DNA of 61,262 nucleotides, filler included, from Sphacelaria rigidula (Eukaryota), in NCBI GenBank assembly GCA_964200075.2. It is 5 parts of 5 records of this genome, joined end to end, with 100 filler letters (N's around TTAATTAATTAA, not from the genome) between each part and the next. Parts side by side here need not be neighbours in the genome. Positions count along the whole stretch, not along the records: positions 36,819 to 48,990 come from CAXNAA020004048.1; positions 49,091 to 61,262 come from CAXNAA020004049.1; 3 more parts are not named here. One strand, written 5' to 3'. Numbering within the stretch: position 1 is the stretch's first letter; the number at the start of each line of letters is the position of its first letter. Below the pieces are notes generated by a model. That model saw only the letters and a list, made by a program, of their open reading frames with translations, was not told where the DNA came from and did not search any database. Position numbers and translations under genes: made by a program. Below are positions 40,417 through 52,210 of this stretch, piece by piece.

Positions 40417-40790
40417 AGATGCCTTGCCGTCAGAGAAAACCCGGCAAAAGTGGTGAAAATTGCAAAATGATACATGTACATATATTTATGTTGTATATAT
40501 AATTATATATATATGAATATGTATCAAGGGGCACTATATACTATATAATATCATTATACATTAATCTATATGCTATAAAATATGTGTGATCCTTATATTG
40601 TACATTATACAAGGTTCCCCTTCGGGAGGTTGGTACGGGCCTACCGGGGGTGACGCAAGTCGAAAGTATAAAACATACCTCGTATGCCTTCTCGGTGCGC
40701 TGCAAAAGAAAGCGTGGAACAAAATGCCTCGCTGGCAGAGAAAAGTCGGCAAAAGTGGTGGAAAATGCGAAATGATACATGTACATGATA
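40417..40790 (+). repeat. Degenerate ~65-bp direct repeat, ~305 bp apart
   Basis: ATGCCT..C..CAGAGAAAA..CGGCAAAAGTGGTG.AAA.TGC.AAATGATACATGTACAT at ~40419 and ~40724. Confidence 0.75.
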
Positions 40791-42188
40791 ATATACATGG
40801 GTTGAGTCATCAGAGGAAAAGCGCGCGAGCCATCGCTTTGTCCGCGACGATCGAGCAGGTATTTATTGCCCTCCGCGAAAAATAAAAAGACGTGGACAAA
40901 CAAACACAACTGATGAGGGAGCCTCCAATTACATAGAATGATGTTTTCGTGAGATTGAGAGTAGAGGATACGATTGAGAGGGAGAAGCGGTCAATCGAGC
41001 GAATAAATCGTTTCAGTTCCGAAATACCCCTCCGCGAGGCCCGATATACTTTCTGTAGTAGCATACCACTGACGCCCTTGATATTCCTGTGTAGGATATC
41101 GATGTGTAACTATAAGCACAAGCCAGTGATGAAGGCAAGGAGAAGCACGCACGGAATAAAAAAACGGGCAAGTTAGATCGAATGACCAAATGTAACGGTA
41201 TGCACTGTCAAGCAAGCCATACCCTAAGATAGATGAAATGTGAACAGCTGATCCTGTGTTCGGCTCGTTAACTCAAGCAGTAAGGTTCCCTCGCACACGG
41301 CACACGTGTGCAGCTAACAGCTGTTATTATGCGTAGCACCGTCCTCTTTCAGAAAAGGAAAAACCAAAAGACACGAAGGGGTTATGTTACACGTGACTCA
41401 CTCGCGTTAGCTTGTCACGGCTTGCAGGCCAGAATATGAGACGTCGCGCAGGGCAGATGAAAGCTGATGATCCTTTTTGTGATTCGTTCTACGATAAGCC
41501 TTTCTTCGACCAGCGGGTGCAAGTGAACTCGTGGGCGATGTTGGGCGCTGCTCGCGCTTACCCTCAAAACCTCCGCGCTATGCATACAATGGTCATAATA
41601 CCAACTCGTTGTGGCGCGTGCCTTTCATCTACCTATTTTGGCAGGCGCGTGCCCCATAAGGCCAATCCGACACAAGCAACCCGACTACAAAATCAGCCTG
41701 ACGCGCCATGCTGTGGCCAATCAAAGCGTCCGTAGAAACGTGCGTAGTTGGAGGTTCGGGATGCGCAGACCAGTCTGGAGATTCTTCGGAGCGCGGATCA
41801 AAAAACAAACCACTTACATATCTACATTACAAGCACACATTCGACTAGAATCTTTTCATACCCGCCGATCGTTTGCAGATCAATCTTAGTATTCTACTGT
41901 ACTAGTTCAATGCAGACACTCAGTCATGTACCATCACACTAGCCCACCCTGGATCGTTCGAGTGCAGTCCCTTTTCAGAAGCGACGAACTTGCATCGAGC
42001 CACACTTCTCCCACACCACAGAAAACTGAGACTTCATTTGAAGATCGAGTCCTCTTTGGTACGGGGGACGGGAAGGGGCGACCAACATAAAAAGTCCAGA
42101 AAATACAAACACAAGAAAGCAAAGAGAAAAAAAACGAACATATACAATAATTCAGTGTCCTCATGTTCCGTGAGCCTTTCAGACGGAG

Positions 42189-42278
42189 TCATGGAAAATC
42201 CAAAATAGAAAAATCCAAAATCAACAATCAAAATCATGGGAAATCCAAAATAGAAAAATCCAAAATCAACAATCAAAA
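42189..42278. repeat. 45-bp tandem duplication
   Basis: TCATGG(A/G)AAATCCAAAATAGAAAAATCCAAAATCAACAATCAAAA at 42189 and 42234. Confidence 0.85.
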
Positions 42279-43328
42279 CCATATACCACAAAATGTAGTG
42301 TGTTTAGAATGTCGTGAGCATTTCCGGGATAGCCACAGGAAATCAGAGACCTATCATGAAACAATCATCCTACCCTGCCATAACTATATCATGAATATAA
42401 CAGTTCACTCTTTTGTGGACGTCCGATTTGTTTTAGATCATTGGTAGAAGAACAAGCAAGCCCGCCAAGGCATTATATCACTCTGATAACCAAGTTCATG
42501 CTAATCACTCGTCCCAGTCAATCAGCAAAAGCCAGCAAATTACAGCCGATGTGGTCGCGAGAACGGTAGTTTCCCGCAAAAACCATACGTTGAAAAACAT
42601 TATTAAATGAAATGATACGTACAAATTAACCCGTTCGACGTGAGTTAATTATCGGTACATGTTTGTGAGATCAACGACTTGCTTGGGACGTCTGGGTGAT
42701 GATCCAGTCGTACAGCATTTTTTTTCTTTCTCACACGATGAGATGCGAAAACAACCGACCGGTTTGTGAGATCAGGTGTCCGCACACGTCAAAAGGAACG
42801 CAGAGGAGTCAATACACAACCTTCGGGCCTACTACGTAGTTCCGAGGCGGATTGCCCAACACATTTCTGACCCACGACAAATACACAGGACAGAGAGGAC
42901 CAACGCAGCCCACTCCTCATAGTACTTGCCCGTTCGGACTAAAGCGAGACTGGCCCGAACATAAACTGGAGTAAAACCACAGCCGGTCGTACCGTCACGT
43001 TACTTCGTCCAATTATCCCTGAAAAAATCAAACACCACCCACGGATTTCAGGGGCGGGTAATTGTGCGCAGAAAACTGGTAAACGTGACAGAAAAAATAG
43101 CGAGTGGCGGACTCTGAGCCTGTAGGCTGTACCAATGATCGAATATCGGAATGGCGAAACGGACACTCCCGGAAGAGCAATCTACCTCATCATGATACGT
43201 AATGGTCCTGTATGAGGAGGTGTTTGCAACCGATTCTACCGCGACTCCAATGACAATTCGTGAACACCGCTACGTACGACGCGGCCAGTGGTGACCTCGT
43301 TATAACTTACCAATCACCAAAGTGTACA

Positions 43329-46300
43329 TCATCGCGTCGCACTACCCGTGACCCTCCTATAAACGAGGTCGGTCACACGCAAATAAAAGGGAACCGGATA
43401 CCGTAGCTTTTGCGGAACTCGGTGGGTGGTTAGCGGGGCACTTGAGCAGTTGGGGGGTGCTTGAGTGTGTGGCTTTAAATTTTGTGTTCTCCGATAAACG
43501 GTCGGAGCGGCAGTGTCTATCGTACCAGAAGACATTTCGGCTCCTGATCCGTTAGAAACTGCACGACGTGACTTCCTCTCCTTCGAAGGGAGTGGATTCG
43601 ATTGAATATGATTAGTATCTGGTGGATGTAAAACTGGGTGATCAAATCCAGGATTAAAACGTTGGGTTTAGTCACTGCTCAATTGATAGCTATGCAACGG
43701 TGCACGGGCGTTGACTGTCTTGGAACCCTTCGAGGCAGTGTTAGCATATCCAGGGAACCCACACCACATGGTTGAACCCGCGGTGGCCGCCGTTGATTCA
43801 CGCGTGTGATGTTTGTGACCTGGCCGAGCGAAAGAAAATTGTTGGGTACTTCTGCGGTGAGTTACCGGCGAACGTTGATTCCTAATTGTGGGGTTGTGCC
43901 AACGATTGAAGAAAAAACGGTCGTCAGAAGTATAAAATGAACGGGCAGGTGGTGGCGCCCAGGTTTTTGGATCAGCCACACGTCCTGTGTTACCCCACAG
44001 ATTGCTGCTCGAAAACGCGGGGGCTTGGTAAACGTTCCCTGAAAACTGTCAAGTTGTGCGGTGAGCATCAGGGGTATGTTGTTGGGCGTCTTTCTGGCGT
44101 TGGGGATCCGTAGGACTAGGTGCAATCATCAGTGGTCGTCTTCCGTCTTGTGATTGTACCTGGTTCTGCTGTTGAGAGTTTGCCGGGCCACACTGTGTTA
44201 GACGTGGCGCTGAGTCAGCGGGCCGCGTCTGGTAGTGCGCTGTTTGGTACTGCGAGTTTTGGTGGCGGGAATCGTTACCATAAAAGCGATTACCACGTCT
44301 AGGGCGGTTGTTTTGGCCACGAATATCGCCGGATTGAGGGCGGCGATAAGAATGCATACGTGCTTGCCAAGTTGGCCAGCATGATGCATATTGAGGATCG
44401 TGGAATATGTTATTCAAGACGCCGAATGCGTTCACAAACGGTGCCTTGCAGGTGCGCATGGAGTGGATGGGAACTCTGCCGTCGGCGGAGTTCCCAGTTT
44501 ATCCATCGACCCATATTCCGCAATTGAGGCATTTGTCCTTACACTCACGGATAAGCTCGTTACGGATGTTGGGTTCAACGTTGCGGGCCCAGAGGGGGGG
44601 GTCGTGGTTGTTCATGGAGGTGCTCACGTGGAACACCTCCGTCAAAATTTCGTTGGCGAAGGGCCAGCTTGGAAACCGACTAGCAAATGCATCTGGTACC
44701 TGAACCTGGGCGGTCATCATGACTTCCCCTGTAGAAGTCATTGAGTCGGGTATCCACGCCGGCTGACTCGATTTTCTGCTGGATTGCGTTCGTTACGCAG
44801 GGGCAACTGGAGTGAGGAGAGTTTCCTTACTAATTACCTGCGTACCGTGTTGGCTAAGTGCCGAAGTGGTGCCGTCCTGTCTTCCTCCTATCGACTCGAC
44901 AGCCTGTGTCCGATTCGTACGCAACCCATCGAGTCGACTCCACATTTCGTCGAGATTTGCAAATGGTGCTGCTGCAGTAGCTGCATCACCCACAAAAACA
45001 CTCGGCATTAGACTGGGGTACTGTCGCCCCATACAGGAACGAAAGAGAGACATTACCATCTCGTTGGTCGGGGCTAGTTCATGCCCGCCATCCACGGTGA
45101 CCGAAATTAGAGTGCGAAAGTCCTTCAAGTATTGATCGAAGGGAGTGTTCACGGGAACCTTGAAGGTGAGTAATCTCTCAATAGATTCCCCTTCGTAGCT
45201 GGTGTCAACCGACGAGCTAAGCAACCGTAACAAAAGTGTGAACGCCTCGTTCCCACTGGCGCCCTTGTTGAGGGCCCGCGACACTTGGTCGAAACGAGCG
45301 TCGCACATTGCAGTCATTTTGGAGGATTGCAAGGAGTTGAGGTCAATCGCCTGCTCTACTGCCCGATGCAACGGGCGGCTCCGCCCACGGACCCACTCGC
45401 TTCTTTCAAGACTGACGAAATTTGAGTCGCAAATGGCGAGAATATCGTTCAATACATTCTTGAGCGATGACCTCAACTGACTGCAGTTGAGACTTGCGTT
45501 GGATCCTGCAATGAAAGGCGACCGGGGTTTGACCTTACCTACACTCTTGATGTTAAGTTCCAAATAAGCTCGTCGGATGCTGGGGGCGTCGCTGCGGGTT
45601 GTGTGGGGTCGTGCAGATTGGGTCTGTGCATGTGTCTCCGTGTTGAATAGGTCACTCTCCTTCTTAACTTCCACCAAAACCTGTTTTTTCTCGGTTTTGG
45701 CTGGCTTACCTTCCTCTCTCTCTTTCAAGAGGGAGTGACGTTGCTTGGCGATGGTGGAAGACGGAGGTAGAAAGTCGGATAGTGTGTGTGCAGAAGGTCG
45801 GTTAGAGCGGATCTGGTCATTGTAGCGGGATGAACCGTGGCTGTCCGTGTCACTGTCGTCGGTACTCGACGGGTGGGATTTGAAGCGCGCGGATTGTTTC
45901 CGGGTCCGCGTATGTTTGGTTTAAACGCCACCGCCGCTGACTGTACATGTCTTTTTACCCGCAGTCTGCCATTCTGCGTCAACGCGCAGAGGGTGGTTTG
46001 CTAGTCGTTGCCCATCATCCCTAAAATTCTGATCCCATGTGCAGCTTGCGTGGTCCAAGTGGTTGTGGGGTGGTTGAGAAAAGACCATTTCGGGAATTTC
46101 GTGGACGTCACGAAACATGGGTATGAGGGGCTCGACATACTAATGCTGGATCTGTGTGGTGGTCTGGTCGGGGTGGGGTTGAGATTGCAAACATCTGACC
46201 ACCCCCTCAAGTGTGACAGTCTCGCGGTTGTTGGCGAACCAGGCAAGCAGGCTATTGGCCTTCTCACAGATTGGGTCTGCGGGGTGATGCACCTGAAATG

Positions 46301-47753
46301 TGTAACGCACCAAGTTGGCTGGTTCGTCGACAAACGACGCGAGAGGGATAGTCGACAAGGTTACGATTCCGGACAAATCTAGTGTAGACAGACCTGGGTC
46401 CTGCAACCGTAATAGTGCAGAAGATGGTCCTACATGAGTCGCGCCCGTTGCCGCCATCGCGCACGATGGGTTAGCGTGTTGGACGATGTTGGTGCGTGGG
46501 GGGTGGAGAAGTCCCGTGTTGAGAGGGGGGTCTATGCAGGATTCAGTCTCAAAGACTGGGTTGGTGATGACTGATGCTACGGTAGGGGTACAGAAATAAT
46601 TTCTGAAATTAAAATTGTTAGGAGCCCCTTATCTCATCCAAAACACGACTTATAAAAATATGCGAGAGTACGCCAAGATTACTATTCTTACGTGCTGGGG
46701 ATATCCCGAATAAATCTTCAAATGGGGATGCCCTGACCCGTATTCTTGTGCGTCTAAAATCGTTAGGAGCCCCCGAACCAGACAAAATTTCTCGAAAAAA
46801 GTGCACCCCTACCGTAGCATTGCTCTGATGTGAGTGACCTTGGATGAAGTTTTCGGTTCATCTATGGTTGAAAAGGGTTCAACATGCAGTAGACGGAGAC
46901 GTCTCAGTTGTTCGTCCAAACCGGACTGTGATACCGAGAGGCAGGCTGATGCTTGCTCAGATTGCAAACTGTGAGTACGCTGGGTTTGTTCCAACTGTAA
47001 CTGTGCAGTCCTAACAGCTTTTGCTGATTGGCGTAACACTCTGTCCTGTTTGCTCTGTTGCAGGGCAAGAGCCTGTCATTGGTTTTCAACATCACGTTGG
47101 GTACGTATCAGGAGTTGGCTACGCTCAGACTCCTGGCGTATATCGCGCTGTGCTTTGGCCTTATCGGACTGTAGAAATATCGAATCCCAGTATTCTGCCT
47201 GCTCAGAAGGCGTCCACTGTTCCCACAAATGAGGTGGGATGGCTTCAGGCTGGGAGTGTTGAAACTGATTCCTGGTTTTGTTCCTCACTTTCTTGGGGGG
47301 GTGCGAATTGTATGGGCTTGTGTTTGCGACATTATCGACTGTCGCAGGTGGAGCAATGTCCGGTTCAGGGTTTAGGCCTACAGGAGGTAGCGTTGAGTAT
47401 GATACCAACAAGTGGTCAACGTCTCAAGTGGTTGACAGGTGGGGTGTGACACTGTTGTCAGTGGTCACATCCGCGGAAGCCAGAGGGGGGGCAATTCCCG
47501 TATACATGTCAGTTGCCTCGATGGCAGCACGACCGTCTACGAATCCATCTACTCCTAATCCCTGATCGTTGCCGTCCATGCTATCAGACCTGGTGTTTTG
47601 GTTCTCCCCCGGGGTGTCACCGTCCGTGAATGAATCTTGGGCAGGTGAACCCGGCGTGCGTGCGATATCGGGCATGGTAATTGTGCCTGGAGAGGACGTG
47701 GTATAGGCAACGTCGAAATCAAAAGGTTGATCAAGGATGGGGGCGTTGTACAT
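43329..47753 (-). pseudogene. Long gag-like ORF of copy B (single frame, 8 in-frame stops, one MITE insertion)
   Basis: ORFs starting at 47753, 47411, 47039, 46457, 46118, 45728, 44741, 44459, 43979 and 43535 all share one frame. Synonymous differences from copy A support this frame. Confidence 0.82.
46569..46825. mobile_element. Sola2-like MITE, 4-bp TSD TGAT, inside the copy B ORF
   Basis: TIR GA(C/G)..ATGCTACGGTAGGGGT; TGAT at 46565-46568 and 46826-46829. Removal restores the reading KVTHI-TNPVFE. Confidence 0.88.
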
Positions 47754-48096
47754 GAATGCGGGAATGTTGACCGAAGTTGACGGCTAAGTTGTGGGTTCGT
47801 TGGTATCGGAGGGATATAAAAGCTCCGCGGCGGGTTTGAGCTCCCTGCTGCGGTGTTGGTTCAGCCGGGCGGGAGTAGAGACAAACTTTCTTTGTACTGA
47901 GAATTTGTTTCCATCGATGAAACATCGATGAAAGGGTTAGGCTTAAGGTTTTAGGTTGGTATACTGAGCCGAGTTCATGGGCTCGTGCTGAAAGCAGTTC
48001 TCTTTTCGTTGCTCTCCATGATTCTTCTAGGACTTTCGCGGGGTGCACGTGCGCTACTCAAACCCTACCTGCCGTAGAGAGTTGATAACCAGTCGT

Positions 48097-48322
48097 GAGC
48101 CATGCTACGATAGGGGGGGGGGGCGTACTCATTTGTTGCTTGCCTTAGTCATTTGACCATTGACCACGCATCCCTTTCGAGACGGAGCACGATAGGGGGG
48201 GGGTGTTCGATTCCACGACCAAATGTTGAACAACTGTTGGCTGCATTCAACGGCGATTGAATTGCTTTTTTTATTGAAAAAAAAAAGGCCCAAAATACTC
48301 CCCCCCTACCGTACCATGGCTC
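48097..48322. mobile_element. Composite Sola2-like MITE
   Basis: TIR GAGCCATGCTACGATAGGGGGG / CCCCCCTACCGTACCATGGCTC. Contains the dispersed TGACCACGCATCC unit and an inner GATAGGGGG..GTGTTCGATTCCACGA also found in 3564-3817. TSD mismatched. Confidence 0.65.
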
Positions 48323-48538
48323 TTCTGCAGTGAGCACCGATAACACTTCGTTTTCTGAGGATCAAGTCATGTAGCAAGCGAAGCGTACTGTACACCTTCG
48401 AAAGGGGGCAAATCCTGTCGCGGCCACCGGCAAGAGAAAACGAGCAAAAGCATGTGTGACGGAGTGCATGCTAGACTCAGTGCTGTGTAATGCAGTACGG
48501 AAGTGAAAACTGCAGTAAAACTACTCCGACGTTTAGTT

Positions 48539-48657
48539 CAAGGGCAGGTCGAGCAGAGCATACTCAATACTTGAACGTCCGGTAGATTAAAATCTCAAAG
48601 TGTTTCACTCGAGTACTCAAAAAGAAGTACAAACGCTTGTTGCTCGACCTACCCTCG
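48539..48657. mobile_element. Short hAT-like MITE related to 15096-15299
   Basis: CAAGGGCAGGTCGAGCAGAGCATACTCAAT...TGCTCGACCTACCCTCG; flanks GTTTAGTT / GCTAAGTT (6/8 match). Confidence 0.7.
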
Positions 48658-48990
48658 GCTAAGTTTGTGATCGTGAAATCAATAGTTGTAAGCAACAGCA
48701 GCCGTCCTGCATACTAAGTTCAGCACGATTTTTCGATCTTTTTTTTTTTGGCGACGCTCGCACGGGACTTGGTGCTGGTCTGTGCTGAAATGTTGAACGA
48801 GCTGTCTTCACCAGGTTGCACTGCACTCCACCGTACTACAGTGCGGTTGAGAAACGATGCTGTATACTGCCGGGTACTCTACGGTTATCCATTCAGTGTA
48901 CTCCGCGCTCCCGTTGCTACTTACTGTACAGCAGGTGTAATCACCCGTCGAGCTACGATTCTCCGCAAGTATACACCAGCCAAAACCCCA

Positions 48991-49090
48991 NNNNNNNNNN
49001 NNNNNNNNNNNNNNNNNNNNNNNNNNNNNNNNNNTTAATTAATTAANNNNNNNNNNNNNNNNNNNNNNNNNNNNNNNNNNNNNNNNNNNN
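48991..49090. other. Artificial linker
   Basis: N44-TTAATTAATTAA-N44. Confidence 0.98.
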
Positions 49091-49460
49091 AAGGCGTGCG
49101 TGACGCTATGGGGAATTGTGTGTTTTTGTTTTGTGGGGGGGTGTTGGGGTGGGGGGGTGGAGGGGGAATTGTGATATTATGAACACTTCTTGTTCTCAAA
49201 CTTCAAGGGTTGTTATAAATCCTTTGGCGGTCATCACAAGTCGTCTGTTGAATGCGCACCAGATGTACTTGGAAAAGGTATGCATCACCCAGACGGACTA
49301 CCCTCGCGGACAAGGGATTAACGGGGCTGGTTTCGTTCAGAGCTTTCCGACTTTTTCGCCAAACTGAAAAAAAACGGAAAGAAGTGACTACAGATTCTAA
49401 ACCAGGTCAAGGAGCGTAGGAGTTTATGACTAATTACAATCTACTAGGAATATTATCGGG

Positions 49461-49770
49461 CGATACGGGTGAATACCCCGCTTATCAGGGGGTGTTATTG
49501 ACCGTGAAACACAGTATTCCGGCTCTAGTGCAATGAGTAGGTATAATTTCAAAAAAATAAAACTTGACATTTTTTTTCACAAATATGATCGGGATAGGTG
49601 CGATCGACCGAAAATACCGAAGAGTAAGAATCTGGCCTGAAACGTTGGCAGGATCCCTGATGACGGTCAGCCCGTAAGTCACTCAATATTGAGTACAGAA
49701 TATTTTTTCTTGGAATGAGGAGCGGATACGAATATCTTCAGATCCCTTGTGTGGTGAGCGGTGGCAAGCG
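49461..49770 (+). repeat. Dispersed repeat, uninterrupted homologue of 54058-54950
   Basis: Shared blocks GGGTGTTATTGACCG, GGCTCTAG, ATCGGGAT, TACCGAAG, CAGGATCCC, CCCGTAAGTC and AATATTGAGTA occur in the same order. Confidence 0.7.
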
Positions 49771-51493
49771 AAAATAGCCCAAGAAAAACCGCCGATCACG
49801 AAAAAATCACAAAACGCCACAAAATTGATAGTTAGACCGCCCACTGCTATACTTTGCCTGTGACCAGGGAAGGCGTCCGCATTACCGTGAAGTTTGGAGC
49901 CTGAGGCAATAGGAGAGCAAAACAGTGTTTCCCGCCCCACTCTGGAATCGATCATTTCACACCAACAACCAAGACAAACAAGAAAGCAGAGTTTTCTCTC
50001 CGGCAACTGTGGACCCATGACTTCAGACTCCACATACATGTGTGCAGAGGGGTCACGCACAGCTTTCGTGCATCACGTCTCGGCTTTTCACACTGCTGTG
50101 ACCACGGAAGGCGTCCGCATCAGATGCCCAGTACAGAGTACTGCGCAGATGTCGGAACGGTTTTTCAATGTGAAGACGACGACGACGACAACGACGACGA
50201 CGACACTGGGTTGGGCGTTAGCCGGTATTTTCAGTTTTAGTGTACTGTTGGTAATTTCCCATCAAAATCAAAAGGTATACTTGGCGCTTTTCTCCCACTG
50301 CCCCGCGTGCACAAATACACCGCACATCATATCGTGCGTTGTGATGGGTTCTCCAGCGCTGGTTGTGTGTTCATGCTGTGCAAACCACACGCCCGTACAG
50401 CAGACAGATGCACAGCTCTTGTAGCAAAGACTTTTGTACGCAGCTACACAGTCGTGACTTATCTGCACCGTCGTTGTAGAGGTAGGTGCTGCAACAACAC
50501 GTGCTCCGCTGTAACAACCAGTACAGACTGCTGACTAGACTGCGGATGTACGATACGTGGTGCAGACCGAACACACAAACACAACATATTCTCCTGTTGT
50601 TGCAGACCACGAAGCAGCGAGCTACGACATGGTTGGTATGTGTTTTGTTTGAGAAGAGGGGTCATCGAGCGACGCAGACCTCGCATTTTTCACGCCCAAA
50701 ATTTGCCCCTGCCCCCCGTTCCCTCCTGTTCCTTTTTTTTTTTTTTCTGCTCCAAATTTTGAAAATATGGGAGCATCCACTGAGTGAAAACCCGGATGTC
50801 AACACACATTCAGTTGTTTTTTTCCCGATTATTTCATAAGAAGTTATGGCCGAACATGTTTCTGGGGGGATGCAGGTGATTCCACCTCCTCGCAGACACG
50901 GGTGCACGCACGCTGTCATACTCTAATGATAAATTGCAGTAGTTTGCGATGCAGTGTGAGCTAGGCGTAAATCGTGCTAGCGCCCGCGTAGCAGTCTCCG
51001 GGGTAACGCGCGTCATTCGTACTCCATCGACTGTAAACCGTCAACTGAATCCCGTGAAGGAGGGTCATTCCCGTTGGTAATAGGTTCGATAGGAAGCTGG
51101 GTAAACAACGGAATAATTCCCGACCTCGGTACGTCGGCATCACACCGGGGGAAGAAACGGACAACGCCAAGCGCGATGTTTCGAAGAAATGACAATGCGC
51201 AGCATTCTTCATCTCTACCGTTATTGGAATCTCATTGGCTCGGGTTATAGGATCTAGTCAAAGTTCCACCAGCCCTACGCCGTAACCCTCAGTCGTGGCC
51301 CTTAGGCTGCAACCCTCCCAATTGATTGATTGATTGATTATCTCACATTAGCTGATTGTAACAATCCAGCCCGTGGTCAGGAGCAGCAAAAATAAAACAG
51401 AATGATAAAAATAAAATAAAGGAAGGAACAGAAAACGACAGAGTCAACGGCCTCAGAAAGGAAAGAAAGGGGGCAGCGATAACAACAAAAAAC

Positions 51494-51508
51494 ACCACCA
51501 CCACCACC

Positions 51509-51540
<32 letters not shown>
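51494..51540. repeat. (CAC)n(CAA)n microsatellite
   Basis: Read directly from the sequence. Confidence 0.9.
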
Positions 51541-52076
51541 ACCCAATAAGTCGCCCCCAGAACACCCATGGCACATTCTAGGCTCAGAATCCTTTTTGTC
51601 TCAAATGACAAAACGCCTATTTACATGAATCCGTAGATATTGAACTTCTCCATAAAAATTGGTCCCGGCGGACCCCTGATCGGTTCTGAGCCACAAGTCA
51701 AGTGCATGTACGGATGTATGAGTTCTTCGCTGAGCACTTCTCTTGGGGGTATATGATTTCATGCTTTGCACGTGAGGCGCGCCGGTAGCCACTGGAGTAC
51801 TGCTGCAATGAAGGCAAACAACATTCATACTCCTTTCCTACCATGCTCTCGTAGGCTGGGTATTTCGAGACCGTGCTGGCACACCATGAGCATGTTTGGC
51901 CATGCACGCATGTAACATAATCTCAACTGCACTCACCTTGTTACTATCTGTACTAACGGTGCCGTTGCTGTACAGTACTTTACCATACATGCGTGAGCTC
52001 TGCATCAGCAACTCAATACAACGGTATACGAAAATCAGCGTGACATCGCTCTCCATTGAACACAGTCCATACTGCA

Positions 52077-52210
52077 TACCCTGGACAAAAGAATACACAG
52101 TAAAAAAATGTACTGCGTACAGTATCGACTATTGCGCCTATTGCAACAGACAACAGATTTCATGCTGTACGTAGTACATTTTTTTACAACATAATCTTTT
52201 GTCCAGGGTG
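52077..52210. mobile_element. Fully palindromic MITE (possibly Tc1/mariner-derived)
   Basis: ACCCTGGACAAAAGA...TCTTTTGTCCAGGGT arms, centre TTGCAA. Homologous to 28371-28503. Confidence 0.75.

Larger units (their letters stand above)
42130..48091 (-). mobile_element. Non-autonomous gag-only relative of the Gypsy family (copy B), lacking PR-RT-RH-INT
   Basis: 42272-43374 aligns with 12460-13571 and 43381-46500 aligns with 21218-24355. The ~7.6 kb between these blocks in copy A is absent. Confidence 0.88.

Noticed and set aside
48200..48222. tRNA (GTTCGATTCC...CCA)
   Set aside because: No cloverleaf or A-box; the motif is part of a MITE and is also seen at ~3777-3790.
49655..49690. Hammerhead ribozyme (CTGATGA core; also at 27931, 40910 and 54478)
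   Set aside because: No correctly placed GAAA with stems I-III at any of these sites.
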